Positions 48,221-58,400 of a stretch of DNA of 64,000 bases are shown piece by piece (within the stretch, counting starts at the first letter, position 1; every line of letters begins with the position of its first letter). Below the pieces are notes generated by a model. It did no database searches. It worked only from the letters and a program-made list of their open reading frames with translations, and was not told where the DNA came from. Source of the DNA: an uncultured Gemmatimonadota bacterium (GTDB lineage: Bacteria; Gemmatimonadota; Gemmatimonadetes; Gemmatimonadales; Gemmatimonadaceae); contig CAIRYG010000004.1 in NCBI GenBank assembly GCA_903882745.1, positions 28,699-92,698 on the forward strand, read 5' to 3'. The position numbers and the translations under genes are program-made.

Positions 48221-49198
48221 ATGGACGAAAAGCGCTGGACTATCCTGATCATCCCGCCCGGAACCGGCGGAACCCGCACCCTGCACATCGGGCAGCGTAC
48301 CCGCCGGCTACTCGTCGGTGGGCTGATCACGGGTGCGCTGCTCCTCGTCGGGGCCGTCGGGGTCCTCTTCACCCCCTACGCCACCCCCAGCGCCCGCCTC
48401 CTCGCCGCCGAGAACGTACGCCTCCGCGCCGAGCTGCAGGGCATCGACACCCGCATCGCCGCGCTCTCAGACACCCTGGCCACACTCGGCGTCCGTGACC
48501 AGCAAATCCGCCTGCTCGCCGGCTTTCCGGCCGATTCGACCGCCGATTCATCCGTGGCCGGCGCAGTGGCGGCCATGGGCGGCTCGGGAAGGGCCCTCGC
48601 AAGCCTCAACGCCCCTGTCCCCTCCTCCGGTGCCCCAAGCTCTCCAAACGGGCTCCCAAAGCCATTTCTGGGCCGCCTCGGGTTCGGCAGCCGCGCCGAC
48701 ATCGAAGGGCTGATCAAGCGCGCCACCGCGCTCTCCGCCAACTTCCGCGCCGTCAACGACACCCTCACGGTGAACTTTGAACGGCTCGCCAACACGCCCA
48801 GCATCATGCCCACCACCGGCTGGCTCTCGAGCCATTTCTCCCAGAGCCGGTTCCACCCAATCCTGCACGCCTCGCGCGCGCACGAAGGTATCGACCTCTC
48901 GGCGCCGATGGGCGCACCGATCATTGCACCGGCCGCCGGTCGCGTTATTTCGGTGGCCAACGAGCCGGGCTACGGACGCACCTTCCAGATCGACCACGGC
49001 AGCGGCATCATCACCCGCTTCGCGCACTGCTCCCGCATTCTCGTGCACGTCGGACAAGCCGTGACCCGCGGCCAGCCGATCGCGACCATTGGCAACTCGG
49101 GGCTCTCCACCGGCCCACACCTGCACTACGAGGTGCATGTCAACGGAAAGCCGGTCGACCCGCTCCGCTTCGTCCTGCCGGACAAAGTCACCGACTAA
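48221..49198 (+). CDS. M23 family metallopeptidase
   Basis: N-terminal TM segment. HEGIDLSAPMGAPIIAPAAGRV (HxxxD) and GPHLHYEVHVNGKPVDP (HxH). Confidence 0.9.
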   Translation: MDEKRWTILIIPPGTGGTRTLHIGQRTRRLLVGGLITGALLLVGAVGVLFTPYATPSARLLAAENVRLRAELQGIDTRIAALSDTLATLGVRDQQIRLLAGFPADSTADSSVAGAVAAMGGSGRALASLNAPVPSSGAPSSPNGLPKPFLGRLGFGSRADIEGLIKRATALSANFRAVNDTLTVNFERLANTPSIMPTTGWLSSHFSQSRFHPILHASRAHEGIDLSAPMGAPIIAPAAGRVISVANEPGYGRTFQIDHGSGIITRFAHCSRILVHVGQAVTRGQPIATIGNSGLSTGPHLHYEVHVNGKPVDPLRFVLPDKVTD

Positions 49199-49220
49199 CC
49201 AGCTGATGCACCGATACACA

Positions 49221-49254
49221 CGAAGGGCCGCGCGATGTCTCGCGCGGCCCTTCG
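49221..49254. terminator. Bidirectional stem-loop between convergent M23 peptidase and lemA
   Basis: cgaagggccgcgcga-tgtc-tcgcgcggcccttcg, a perfect 15-bp stem. Confidence 0.7.
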
Positions 49255-49276
49255 TCCATCCCAACGAACCCCGGAG

Positions 49277-49852
49277 TTACGGCTTCGAGGGCGTCTTACC
49301 AAAGTCCACCGTCGGCGCTTCACGAGCACCGGGGCTCGTCACGTCGAAGTACTCGCGTGCTCTCGCCCCCACCACCTTGGCCGTCATCACCTGCGGGAAC
49401 TTCCGGATATAGGCGTTATACAACTCCACGGCGAGGTTGTAGTCCGTCCGCGCCTGTGCAATCCGGTTCTCCGTCCCCACCAGTTCGTCCTGAAGTCGCA
49501 AGAAGTTCTGGTCGCTCTTGAGCGTCGGATAGTTCTCCGAGATCGCCAGCAAGCGGCCCAACGCCCCAGTCATCGCCTGGTTCGCATTGGCCATCTCGCC
49601 CACATTCCCGCCACTCACCGCGCCGGCAAGCCCGGCACGGGCCTGCGCCACCTTCTCAAACACCTCGGCCTCCTGCGCGGCGTATCCCTTGACCGTGTTC
49701 ACGAGATTCGGCACCAGATCCGCCCGCCGCTGCAACATCACGGCGATCTGCTGCTTGGCGGCACCGGCCGACTCGTCCATCTGCTGGATGGAGTTGTAGC
49801 CGCACGCGCCCAACAGCAGCGCCAGTACGGGGATCAGCTTGCGAACGCGCAT
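49277..49852 (-). CDS. lemA: LemA family protein
   Basis: ORF 49277..50017 trimmed to ATG 49852 (MRVRKLIPVLALLLGACGYN). QLQDELVGTENRIAQARTDYN, NAYIRKFPQ typical LemA blocks. AGGAG lies 9 nt upstream. Confidence 0.9.
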   Translation of the reverse strand: MRVRKLIPVLALLLGACGYNSIQQMDESAGAAKQQIAVMLQRRADLVPNLVNTVKGYAAQEAEVFEKVAQARAGLAGAVSGGNVGEMANANQAMTGALGRLLAISENYPTLKSDQNFLRLQDELVGTENRIAQARTDYNLAVELYNAYIRKFPQVMTAKVVGARAREYFDVTSPGAREAPTVDFGKTPSKP

Positions 49853-49913
49853 CAGTTCAACTCCTGCGAAAGGAAAAGTTCGTCCAAAGAACACGTACCA
49901 ACCCGCTCGTTCA

Positions 49914-50639
49914 TCACACCGACGTCGGCAAGGCATCCACCCAGGCCACAAACTGCTGCACCCCGCGATGATACTGCTCCAACACACCAGGTGCCGACTT
50001 CGCGGTGAGTCCCACACCGGTGCGGCGATGCGCCACCACTAACAGGAAGGGCGTCACATCCACCCCGCTCGCTGCCGCCACCTGTTTACATAACGCGTCG
50101 GAGTCGCCGAAGGGTTCAGCACCCCCCAGTCGGACCGCCGCGCGAAACAACGCCAGCACACTCCCCACGCTCCCGGTCAACACCGCGGTCGCCTGTTTCC
50201 CGTCGCGCCCGCTGCCCAGCAGCGCCGCACGGAGCCGGAGCAACAAGGCCATCGCCTCGTACTCCAACTGCCGACGCATATCGCCGCCAGCCGGAACACC
50301 CGCGAACAGCGCAAACCCTGCCGCCGAGTACAACAGCCGATGGTGCTGCTGCACGTCCGCGTGCTCAATCGCAAAGACATCCACGCTCGACATCCACTCG
50401 GCCACCGTGAGCGTCAGCAGCGCGGGATCACCCCCCTCGCTCCAGCTGCGCGTCACGGCGGCCACCGGGCCGAGCCGCTCCGACACAAACTCCCGTACCA
50501 CCACCAGCACGTTACGGTCGGAGTGCGTGCCGTGCGTATCGCCGCGAGCCGCCGAGCCATAGAGCACCACCGCAGCGAGCGCGTCCCCGTGGGCCGCGCG
50601 GAGCTGTGCCACCAGCTGTTCGAGCGTCATCGTCGCCAT
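49914..50639 (-). CDS. Nucleotidyltransferase-domain protein with a helical C-terminal half
   Basis: ORF 49914..50750 trimmed to ATG 50639, 1 nt after the upstream stop. NTase motif VVLYGSAARGDTHGTHSDRNVLVVV (50511-50558), where the usual DxD reads DRN. Confidence 0.6.
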   Translation of the reverse strand: MATMTLEQLVAQLRAAHGDALAAVVLYGSAARGDTHGTHSDRNVLVVVREFVSERLGPVAAVTRSWSEGGDPALLTLTVAEWMSSVDVFAIEHADVQQHHRLLYSAAGFALFAGVPAGGDMRRQLEYEAMALLLRLRAALLGSGRDGKQATAVLTGSVGSVLALFRAAVRLGGAEPFGDSDALCKQVAAASGVDVTPFLLVVAHRRTGVGLTAKSAPGVLEQYHRGVQQFVAWVDALPTSV

Positions 50640-50640
50640 A

Positions 50641-51480
50641 TCAGAAATCCCCCCCGGAGCCACCCCCGGAGAATCCTCCGCCCCCGCCAAATCCCCCGAA
50701 CCCACCACCGCCCCCACCACCGCTGCCGAATCCTCCGAACCCACCGCCACCCGAGTTCAAGGTCGATCCCACCAGGAACCAGAGGCAGCCGCCACGTCTC
50801 CCGCGCGACGCCAACAGCAGAATCACCACAAATAGGATCAGCACGAGGACCGGCGGAACCCGGCCGCTGGACTCCTGCTCCAGATCCATCGGCCGCGCGC
50901 CGGGAATCCGTGACAGCGAGTCCACCGCGAACCCGAACTCGGCGCCATACCGCTCGGCGATCCGCTGCGTCATCAGCTCCAGAGCCGTGCCATAGTCCGA
51001 CTTCTGCAACAGCGGCAACGCCTCTCGACGAATATCCCCGGTCTGCGCATCCGTCAAAAAGCCCTCGGCGCCCTGCCCGGTGGAGATAAAGACATGCCCC
51101 TTGCCGTCGCTGCTTTTTTCCTTGGGCACCACGAGCACCACGACGCCGGTATTCCGCGCCTTGTCCCCCACCGCGGCCTCTGCCCCCACCTTCCACGCAC
51201 GCCCGATCTGCAGCGCTACGTCGCCGGGCGCGCGCGTCCCGATGTCCGCGAGCGTCACCACCGCGATCTCGCCGCGGCTCGCCTCGCGCACCGCGCGGAC
51301 GAGCGCTTCAATGCGCGCCACCTGCTCCGGAGGGATCACGCGAGCAAAGTCATTGACCATGCCCTGGGGCGCCGGTATCGCCAGCGGCCCGTTTGCCGGC
51401 GTCTGCTGCGCCCACAAGGCCGTCGCCCCTGCGCTGAGGAGCGCGAGTGCGGCGAACGCGCGTCGGAGTCGCCGACTCAT
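50641..51480 (-). CDS. TPM-domain (YgcG-like) protein with TM segment and Gly-rich C-terminal tail
   Basis: Signal peptide. GMVNDFARVIPPEQVARIEALV ... GEIAVVTLADIG TPM motifs. TM LVLILFVVILLLA. Tail GGGGFGGFGSGGGGGGGFGGFGGGGGFSGGGSGGDF. Confidence 0.8.
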   Translation of the reverse strand: MSRRLRRAFAALALLSAGATALWAQQTPANGPLAIPAPQGMVNDFARVIPPEQVARIEALVRAVREASRGEIAVVTLADIGTRAPGDVALQIGRAWKVGAEAAVGDKARNTGVVVLVVPKEKSSDGKGHVFISTGQGAEGFLTDAQTGDIRREALPLLQKSDYGTALELMTQRIAERYGAEFGFAVDSLSRIPGARPMDLEQESSGRVPPVLVLILFVVILLLASRGRRGGCLWFLVGSTLNSGGGGFGGFGSGGGGGGGFGGFGGGGGFSGGGSGGDF

Positions 51481-51484
51481 GCGC

Positions 51485-52273
51485 TCAGGGATTCTTTTTG
51501 TCCCCGTACTGGCGTGTCACCACCACGATCGCTCCCCATGGTGCTCTGTCTCCCCAGATCACCGCCGATTCTGTCGCGGCGAGTATTGAGTAGAAATAGA
51601 CATCGCGGGGATTCAAGTAGATACTGTTTCCCGCCGGAACGCCGTCGACAATAAAGGTCATGCAGCGCCGCGTGCGGTTGGACTTCACGCAGTCGTTGGG
51701 CTGCGCGGGCAGGAGCACCCCCTGCGCACCTGTCGACCGCATCAGATCGAGAAAGTTGGTCGCCTGCTCCCGATTCGCTTCAACTTCCTGGGGCATGACA
51801 GTTTTCCAGCCGCGGCGTCTGGCTTCGTCGAGCGACTTCGCGTTGGCGTTCGCCTCGCCTTTCGCGGTCACATTCACCGCATCCACGTCCGTGGGCTCGG
51901 CGGGCACCAATAAGTCCAGCTCCATCGTGTCCGCCGGCGCGCCGCGAATCAGCTCCGTGGAGGATGGCCGCCACCCAACCTTTTTCACCACCACCTGAAA
52001 GGGCGTATTGCCCGGGAGCCGCATCCGGAAACGCCCCGCCTGATCCGTCGTGACCTCTGACAACAGCTTCCCAAGCGAATCGGTGGCCGTCACTTTTGCG
52101 CCCGGTACGGACCGCTCGGTGTCCTGCGACCGGATGGTGCCAATAATCACCTGCGCGTCGGCCACACTGGCCCAGCCGCACACCAGCAATAGCCGGAGTG
52201 CTGCGCGAGCATGGCGGCGAAGGTGCCAGAAACGGGCAAGGCCGCCGGGCGAACACGTCGCCGGCGGCCCCAC
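51485..52273 (-). CDS. Secreted carboxypeptidase-regulatory-like plus plug-like protein without a beta-barrel (second copy of this architecture)
   Basis: ORF 51485..52387. I favour in-frame GTG 52273, which avoids overlap with the upstream gene and gives a basic-then-hydrophobic signal (RFWHLRRHARAALRLLLVCGWASVADA). VIIGTIRSQD...GAKVTATDSLGK...TDQAGRF is a CarbPepReg-type pattern. The start is uncertain. Confidence 0.55.
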   Translation of the reverse strand: MGPPATCSPGGLARFWHLRRHARAALRLLLVCGWASVADAQVIIGTIRSQDTERSVPGAKVTATDSLGKLLSEVTTDQAGRFRMRLPGNTPFQVVVKKVGWRPSSTELIRGAPADTMELDLLVPAEPTDVDAVNVTAKGEANANAKSLDEARRRGWKTVMPQEVEANREQATNFLDLMRSTGAQGVLLPAQPNDCVKSNRTRRCMTFIVDGVPAGNSIYLNPRDVYFYSILAATESAVIWGDRAPWGAIVVVTRQYGDKKNP

Positions 52274-52310
52274 CAGTCCTTCGAACAGCTTCAGCAAACG
52301 CCTTGCCTGA

Positions 52311-53168
52311 TTACGGCGAGGTCGTGCGCGGCGGCTGCATGTCGTTCCACCACACGATGCTCGGTGCGGCAACCAACGTGATGCCACGAGCGGTGCAATC
52401 GGCCGCCGTGGTGCAGGTGGTCTTGGAGTAGATCATCGCCGTGGCGATGGTGCCGGCCACAGCCGAGCCACCGATCGGATCAACCGACGTCGTACCGGCA
52501 GTACCCGGCGTCATCGTGGCGGTGATCAGCGCCGGCGTCGTGGTGCCCGTCGCGAAGACGCGCAACGCGAGCGTTCCAGCAGCACGCGACACGTAGGCCG
52601 AACGCGCGTTGTAGGCGACGTTCGAGAAGGTGGCAGACGCTGGCAGCGCATCCGTCGAGAGGGCCGTCGCATAGACGTCCACCGCGCCGAGGTCGTTGCC
52701 CACGTTCCACACACGATAGCTCACGTTCGTCGTCGACTGGGCCGGGAACGTGTCCGCAAAGACCTTGAGGCCCTGCTTCGCCGTGCCCGTGCCGCGGCCG
52801 AGGCCGACATGCACGATCGTGTAGTACGTGTTCGCAGTGAACGTCAGGGTCGTGTCAACAAACCACGACGACGTCACGGCGATGTTGGTCGAGTTCGGGA
52901 ACACGCGGATGTTGTGCGAACCGGCCGCGTAGCCCTGGTACCCACCGTAGCCCATCGCGCGATACGGCGTCGCGAGGAACGGGGTGGCGTAGGTGAGATG
53001 GTCGATCGAACGGAAGTCCGTTGCGAGCGTGTCACTCACCGCATTGAGGTAACGAACGTACGCGAGCGGCGGGATTTCGCCGACGTTGCTAACGCCCTTC
53101 ACGTCCTTCGCGCAGGCGGCGACGACGGTGGTGGCGAGAGCAATAAGAAGTTGACGCTGAAATCGCAT
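52311..53168 (-). CDS. Lipoprotein, possibly DUF4397-like
   Basis: Lipobox TVVAAC. Beta-rich 285-aa ORF with GGAG 8 nt upstream of the ATG. The domain guess is weak, but the coding call is good (codon bias, operon position). Confidence 0.55.
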   Translation of the reverse strand: MRFQRQLLIALATTVVAACAKDVKGVSNVGEIPPLAYVRYLNAVSDTLATDFRSIDHLTYATPFLATPYRAMGYGGYQGYAAGSHNIRVFPNSTNIAVTSSWFVDTTLTFTANTYYTIVHVGLGRGTGTAKQGLKVFADTFPAQSTTNVSYRVWNVGNDLGAVDVYATALSTDALPASATFSNVAYNARSAYVSRAAGTLALRVFATGTTTPALITATMTPGTAGTTSVDPIGGSAVAGTIATAMIYSKTTCTTAADCTARGITLVAAPSIVWWNDMQPPRTTSP

Positions 53169-53221
53169 CTGGCTGGCTCCAGACTGGTGAGAAAAAGAAG
53201 GAGGCGGTGTTCTGCCGCTAG

Positions 53222-53698
53222 TTAGTGCAAGCTTCCGGTCAAGCTCTGGCCGCCGGTGCCACTCGCGGTGACGGGATCAGATCCCGCCCCGAGCAGCGAC
53301 TTCCCGAAAAACAGAGCCACGATTCCAACGATCACCACACCAGCAAGCAGCGTGGATCTCGTCTTATCCAACTGGCGGACCTGGAAGCCCACCGTGTGTC
53401 CTTTTAGTACAACGACCTTCTCGCCATTCCACGTGGCCGAGGCGCCGCCATACTGCAGAACCTGTGTGACCGTCATCGTGTACGACTCTCCATCCACTGC
53501 GGTGATATTCCCGCGGACCTTCTCAACCGCTGCTCCAAGCTTCGGAGCCAACGCCACGCGCCCTGCATCGCTCAGCACGAACTCAACCTGCTGGTCCATC
53601 GGAGCGACGCCCTGCTGCAGAGGTAACGACTCATAACACCCCTGCAGCAGCAACGCGAATGTCGCTAGGAACCCACCGAGCTTCCGGAAACGAAGCAC
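53222..53698 (-). CDS. Small lipoprotein with a C-terminal hydrophobic helix
   Basis: Lipobox LLLQGC at the N-terminus and LLAGVVIVGIVALFF near the C-terminus. The GTG start shares one base with the SusD-like stop (TAGTG). Confidence 0.55.
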   Translation of the reverse strand: MLRFRKLGGFLATFALLLQGCYESLPLQQGVAPMDQQVEFVLSDAGRVALAPKLGAAVEKVRGNITAVDGESYTMTVTQVLQYGGASATWNGEKVVVLKGHTVGFQVRQLDKTRSTLLAGVVIVGIVALFFGKSLLGAGSDPVTASGTGGQSLTGSLH

Positions 53699-55395
53699 TA
53701 GAAGCCGTACGTACCCTTGGTAGCGATGGCGAACCCGCCACCGACAACCTTGGACTTGTCGCTGTTATAGAACGGATGCACACGGGCGTCCATCTCACCG
53801 TTCGGAACCGGCCACTGCAACGGCGAGTTCTCCACGAGGTCGCCCCAACCGCGGCTGTCCACAAACCACTGCATGTAGCCAGTGTGCTGTGTTTCCATGC
53901 GCTTCTCGTACTTCATCGCCTCGAGAATATTACCGCACGCGGCGGTGGTTCCCGCGGCGTTCGGAACCTGCGGCACGCAACCCGTGGCACTGAAGGAACC
54001 AGTGATCGTGGCCGTCGCACTCGCCGGGGTCGTGATGGCCGGGAGTCCAGCGGTCGCACGCGACGCATTGATCAGCGTCGTCGCCGAGGCCAGGTTGCCC
54101 GTGCGGATATAGCCTTCCGCCGCCAACATCGTCATTTCCTGCGCATCGATGTACGTGTAGGGACCCTGGCCGATCGGTGCAATCTTGGCCAGCGCGTACC
54201 AACGCGTGTGATCGTAGAACGAAGTGCCCCACACGTCGCCGCTCACGTCGCCGCCGGCCGCACGGTTGGTCAAGAAACGGGTCGTGCTCGGCAGGGTGCT
54301 CGCCGTCTGCTGCGCAAGGCGCGTCGCGCCCGCGGGCCAACGGGTATCCGGAGTCACCACGAGAATCGCCGAGTTACGGCTCATGATCGCAGTTGAGAGC
54401 CACGTTTTGTAGGCGCCAGACGTGTCGGCCATGAACGAGTACATCGGGCTGATTTCGCCCCACCCAGCCGAGACCTCCATCTGCGAGCAATCATAGGTGC
54501 AGGGCCAGCCGGTGCCGATCGTCACCACGAAGTCGCCATAGGCGGCCGCGGCAGTGGCGTCTGAAATCACCTGGGTCCAGCTCACCGCAGCGCGCTCGGC
54601 CGGCGTACGCGCAACACCTGCGCGGATACGAGCCTGGTGCGCCTTGATGAACTGCACGAACTGCGCCTGTGTCAGCGCCAGTCCGTTGAACCAAGTGCTC
54701 GGCAGCGGGAACCCGTTGGTTCCAACCGTCGCGTTCGCACTGGTTGCAATGGCAATCGCCGAATCCATCAGTGCCAAACCAGCAACGGCCACATCAGGAT
54801 AGAACGAGAGCACCGGCACAACGTCCGACGGAACCGACGGCGTTACAATAGCCGCGGAGTCGTACGCCATAGCGAGATAACCAAGCGATGCGCCATTGAT
54901 GAAGAACGCAAATGCGCGGTCGCGGGCATCCTGCGCCGGCGAACCGAAGGCATTCGTGGAGCCTTGTGCCTTCGCGGTGGCAATCAAGCGATCAATCGCC
55001 TGAATGGCCGTGGTGGCATTGCGAGAGACCTTGGAGAAGGTCGAGAAGTCGCGAATGTTGCCCGTCTGCACCGAGTTGCCGCGATCGTTGTTGATCGCAG
55101 AGCGCGGAATGGCGTTACGGGTGTTCATGCCGAAGTTCGCCACAGACCCATAGGTCTCGAGGGCGATGTTCTTCGACTGCGTCTGCATGCCTTCAGAGCT
55201 GCCCTGGAAGCCGCTCCAGAACTGGCTGCCGAGACCCAGCACAACACCTTCCACCGACGCCGCCGTTGCATAAACGCGGACCACGTCAGGGCTGTTCGTG
55301 TTGAGTACGGCCAATACTTCTTTCTTGCACCCAGCTGCAAGCAGCAGGGTCAGCGGTGCGATCGCGACCGCCCGGATAAGACTCTTTCGCATCAT
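53698..55395 (-). CDS. SusD/RagB-family outer-membrane lipoprotein
   Basis: ORF 53698..55437 trimmed to ATG 55395/55392 (MMRKSLIRAVAIAPLTLLLAAGC lipobox). About 565 aa and directly downstream of a SusC-type receptor. The call rests mainly on synteny and size. Confidence 0.7.
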   Translation of the reverse strand: MMRKSLIRAVAIAPLTLLLAAGCKKEVLAVLNTNSPDVVRVYATAASVEGVVLGLGSQFWSGFQGSSEGMQTQSKNIALETYGSVANFGMNTRNAIPRSAINNDRGNSVQTGNIRDFSTFSKVSRNATTAIQAIDRLIATAKAQGSTNAFGSPAQDARDRAFAFFINGASLGYLAMAYDSAAIVTPSVPSDVVPVLSFYPDVAVAGLALMDSAIAIATSANATVGTNGFPLPSTWFNGLALTQAQFVQFIKAHQARIRAGVARTPAERAAVSWTQVISDATAAAAYGDFVVTIGTGWPCTYDCSQMEVSAGWGEISPMYSFMADTSGAYKTWLSTAIMSRNSAILVVTPDTRWPAGATRLAQQTASTLPSTTRFLTNRAAGGDVSGDVWGTSFYDHTRWYALAKIAPIGQGPYTYIDAQEMTMLAAEGYIRTGNLASATTLINASRATAGLPAITTPASATATITGSFSATGCVPQVPNAAGTTAACGNILEAMKYEKRMETQHTGYMQWFVDSRGWGDLVENSPLQWPVPNGEMDARVHPFYNSDKSKVVGGGFAIATKGTYGF

Positions 55396-55415
55396 TAGTC
55401 CTCGTGGGGGATGCA

Positions 55416-55447
55416 GGGTGACCCGTTGGAATCCCAACGGGTTACCC
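55416..55447 (-). other. 14-bp stem-loop in the susC-susD intergenic spacer
   Basis: gggtgacccgttgg-aatc-ccaacgggttaccc (one G-T wobble). No T-tract follows on the transcribed strand. Confidence 0.5.
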
Positions 55448-55456
55448 CGCGAGCGA

Positions 55457-58400
55457 TCAGAAGCTCGTGGTGAGCGTCAGGGTGAACGTACGGAGATTCG
55501 GGAAGGTGTAGGCGTCGATCGCATTGAGCGCGCCCGAGCCATTGGTGCCACCCGACAGACCGACTTCTGGATCGAAGCCGTTGTAGTTAGTCCAGGTCTT
55601 CAGGTTGCGGCCGACGAGCGACAACGTCCAGTCACCCTTGCCCGCAATCTTGCCGAAACGGTAGCCCACGCTGATTTCGCGGAGCTTGATGTACGAAGCG
55701 TCTTCCACCGTGCGGCTCGACGGTCCGAGAATGTCGTACAGGCCACCGACGCCTGCCGTGTTCTCGGTGTTGTTCCGCCAGTAGTAGCCGATCGGCTTCG
55801 CCGTCGCAACCGTCTTGTCCAGCTGGTCCACGTCGGCGTGCATCAGGTCGCCATACGACCACTGACGCTCTTCGTTCCAGATGTTGTTGCCCTTGACCGC
55901 GTCGAACAGCGCGTACACGGAGAGCTTCTTGTACTGGAAGTTCTGGCCAAGCGACCAGCGGTAATCCGGCAGCGCCGAACCGTTCTTGGTGAGCGTCGCC
56001 GTGCCGAACGAGGCCGCAGCGGTGTCACGAAGGATGATCGGCATGCCCCAGCTGCTGTACACGTTCGTCGCGCAACCCCACGGCGAATCATTGCAGGTTC
56101 CGACGTTCTGGGTCTGCGACATCCAGAGGTTACGCGTGATGCCTTCGCTCTGCTTGTTGCCAGCGCCAACCCACACGATGTAGCCCTCGTTGTTCTTCTG
56201 CCATTCCTTGTCCGTTCCGCAACGGCTCTGGTACGCGGTCGGGAACTGGGCGCATTCGGTGATGAAGCGACGGCCGTAAATCGTGCCGAACACCTCACCC
56301 TGCTTGACCTGGAACATCGACTCCGAACCCTGCTGGCCAGCGGCCGTCACAAAGTACGGGTTCACGTCCAAGCGCGTGATGACCGACGTGGTGTGATCGT
56401 AGTTGATACGCGCCGACCAGGTGAAGTCACGCTTCTCCACGAGCGGAATGTTCAACGACATTTCCCACGTGTTGTTCGTGAGCTGACCGGCGTTGGTCCA
56501 CACGCTATTGAAACCAGCGGCGGCCGGCACCGGCACGTTCAGGATCTGGTCGTCCACGACCGACTTGGCCTTGGTGACCGTCAGGCCGAAGCGGCTCATG
56601 ATCTCGGCGTCGAATCCGATTTCGGTCTCGGTGGAGACCTCAGGACGGAGGTTACGATTGCCGAGCACGTTTGGCGACAGCGTGCCGCCCGAACCGATGC
56701 TGTAGGTCTCGTACTGCGCGGTCTGGCTCGGACGGTTGCCGGCCTGGCCGATGGAAGCGCGCATCTTGAAGTCGTTGATCAACTTCTTGGCGGGCCACCA
56801 CTTTTCTTCCGACACGCGATACGCGAACGAACCGCGGCCGTAGCTCTTCCAGCGGCTCGACGCACCGAACAGCGACGAACCGTCGCGACGGAACAGACCG
56901 CCGAGGATGTAGCGCTCCTTCCACTCGAGGTCGAGGCCGGCGAAGAGGCCGATCTGACGCGTCGAGTAGTCGCTCGAGCCAATGCTCGGCACGTTCGTCG
57001 CGCCGATGACGCAGGCGTTGGTTGTGTGAAGGTTCGCCACGACGAGAATCGAGCAGCTGTGCGAATCGCTCGTGCCGTCCTGCTGCTCATAGAGCGCGCG
57101 GGCGGTGAGGCGGGCGGTCAGGTCGCTCAGCAGGTCCTTGCGGGCCGTGAGGTTGAACGCCGTGTTGTACGACTGGGCCAAGGAGTCCGAGCGGCTCGCG
57201 CTACCAACCGACGTATACGTCGTGGCGGAGCGGGCGTTGCCCTTGTCGCTGTAACCCATGCCCTCGTAGTTGCTGCGATCGTAGCCGAAGTTCCACTCGC
57301 CGTCGAGCCACGTGAACGGCTGCCACCGCACCGCCATCTGGCCGGTGAAGCGATCCGAGTTGTTGTCGGCGAGGTAGTACGACGCCGTGTACAGCGGATT
57401 CGTGTTCTGGCTGCCCTGCGCCGTGACCGTGGAGCGGATGAAGAGGCGGCCGAGCTTGTCCTTGCGGAGCAAGTCAACGAACGCCGGCTGACGGGTCAGG
57501 CCCAAGCTGGCCGGCGATGCATTGCCGTCCGACCACACGTTCGCGTAGTAGGCACGCGACGAGAAGGTCCAGTTGCCACCGAGCGTGTTGTCGATGTTCA
57601 GGCGGAGCGACTTACGACGGAAGCCGTCGAGATAACGCATCGACCCTTCCTGATAGAAGTTGCCCACCGACGCGAAGAAGTTCGAGCGATTGAACTTGCC
57701 CGTCATGTCCACGCTGGCGTTCAGGAACGGCCCGTTCGTGATGATCTGCGCAACGGGATCATAGGTCGTCGGGAACTTGTTGACCTGGAAGTACCCGCGC
57801 AGGCCTGCCTTGCTCGGTGCCGACGACACGCCGTAGTCGCCCATGAACAGGACGGGGTTCAGCGCGAAATCGACGCCCTGCTCGTTCACGCGGAGCGCTT
57901 CGTCGTACAGGTTGACGGTCGCCTGGCAGTTCTGAAGCCCCGCCACCGGCAACGTCGAACCCTGCGTGTTCTGGCAGACGCGCTGATGGTCCGGCCCATA
58001 GATCAGGGAGCTCGCCTGCGCCGCCTTGTACTTGCCTTCGATGTCGCTGGCGCCGCCTTCAGCGCGCGTCGTGAAACGCACGCCTTCGCCAGTGCTCTTG
58101 CCCGACTTGGTCGTGATGTTGATGACGCCGTAGCCGGCGCGCGATCCGTACAGCGAGGCCGCCGCAGCGCCCTTCACAACTTCGATGTTCTCGATGTCGT
58201 TCGGGTTGATGTCCGGCAGCGAGCCGATGACGATGACGCCGTCAATGATGAACAGCGGGTCCTGACCACGGCCCGACGCGTTGATCGACTGCGGTCCACG
58301 CAGAATGATCGACGGGGTCGAACCCGGGCGGCCCGACTGCGACACGATGTTCGCGCCCGGGACCTTGCCCTGAAGCTGCGTGATCGCGTTGCCGCCCGGG

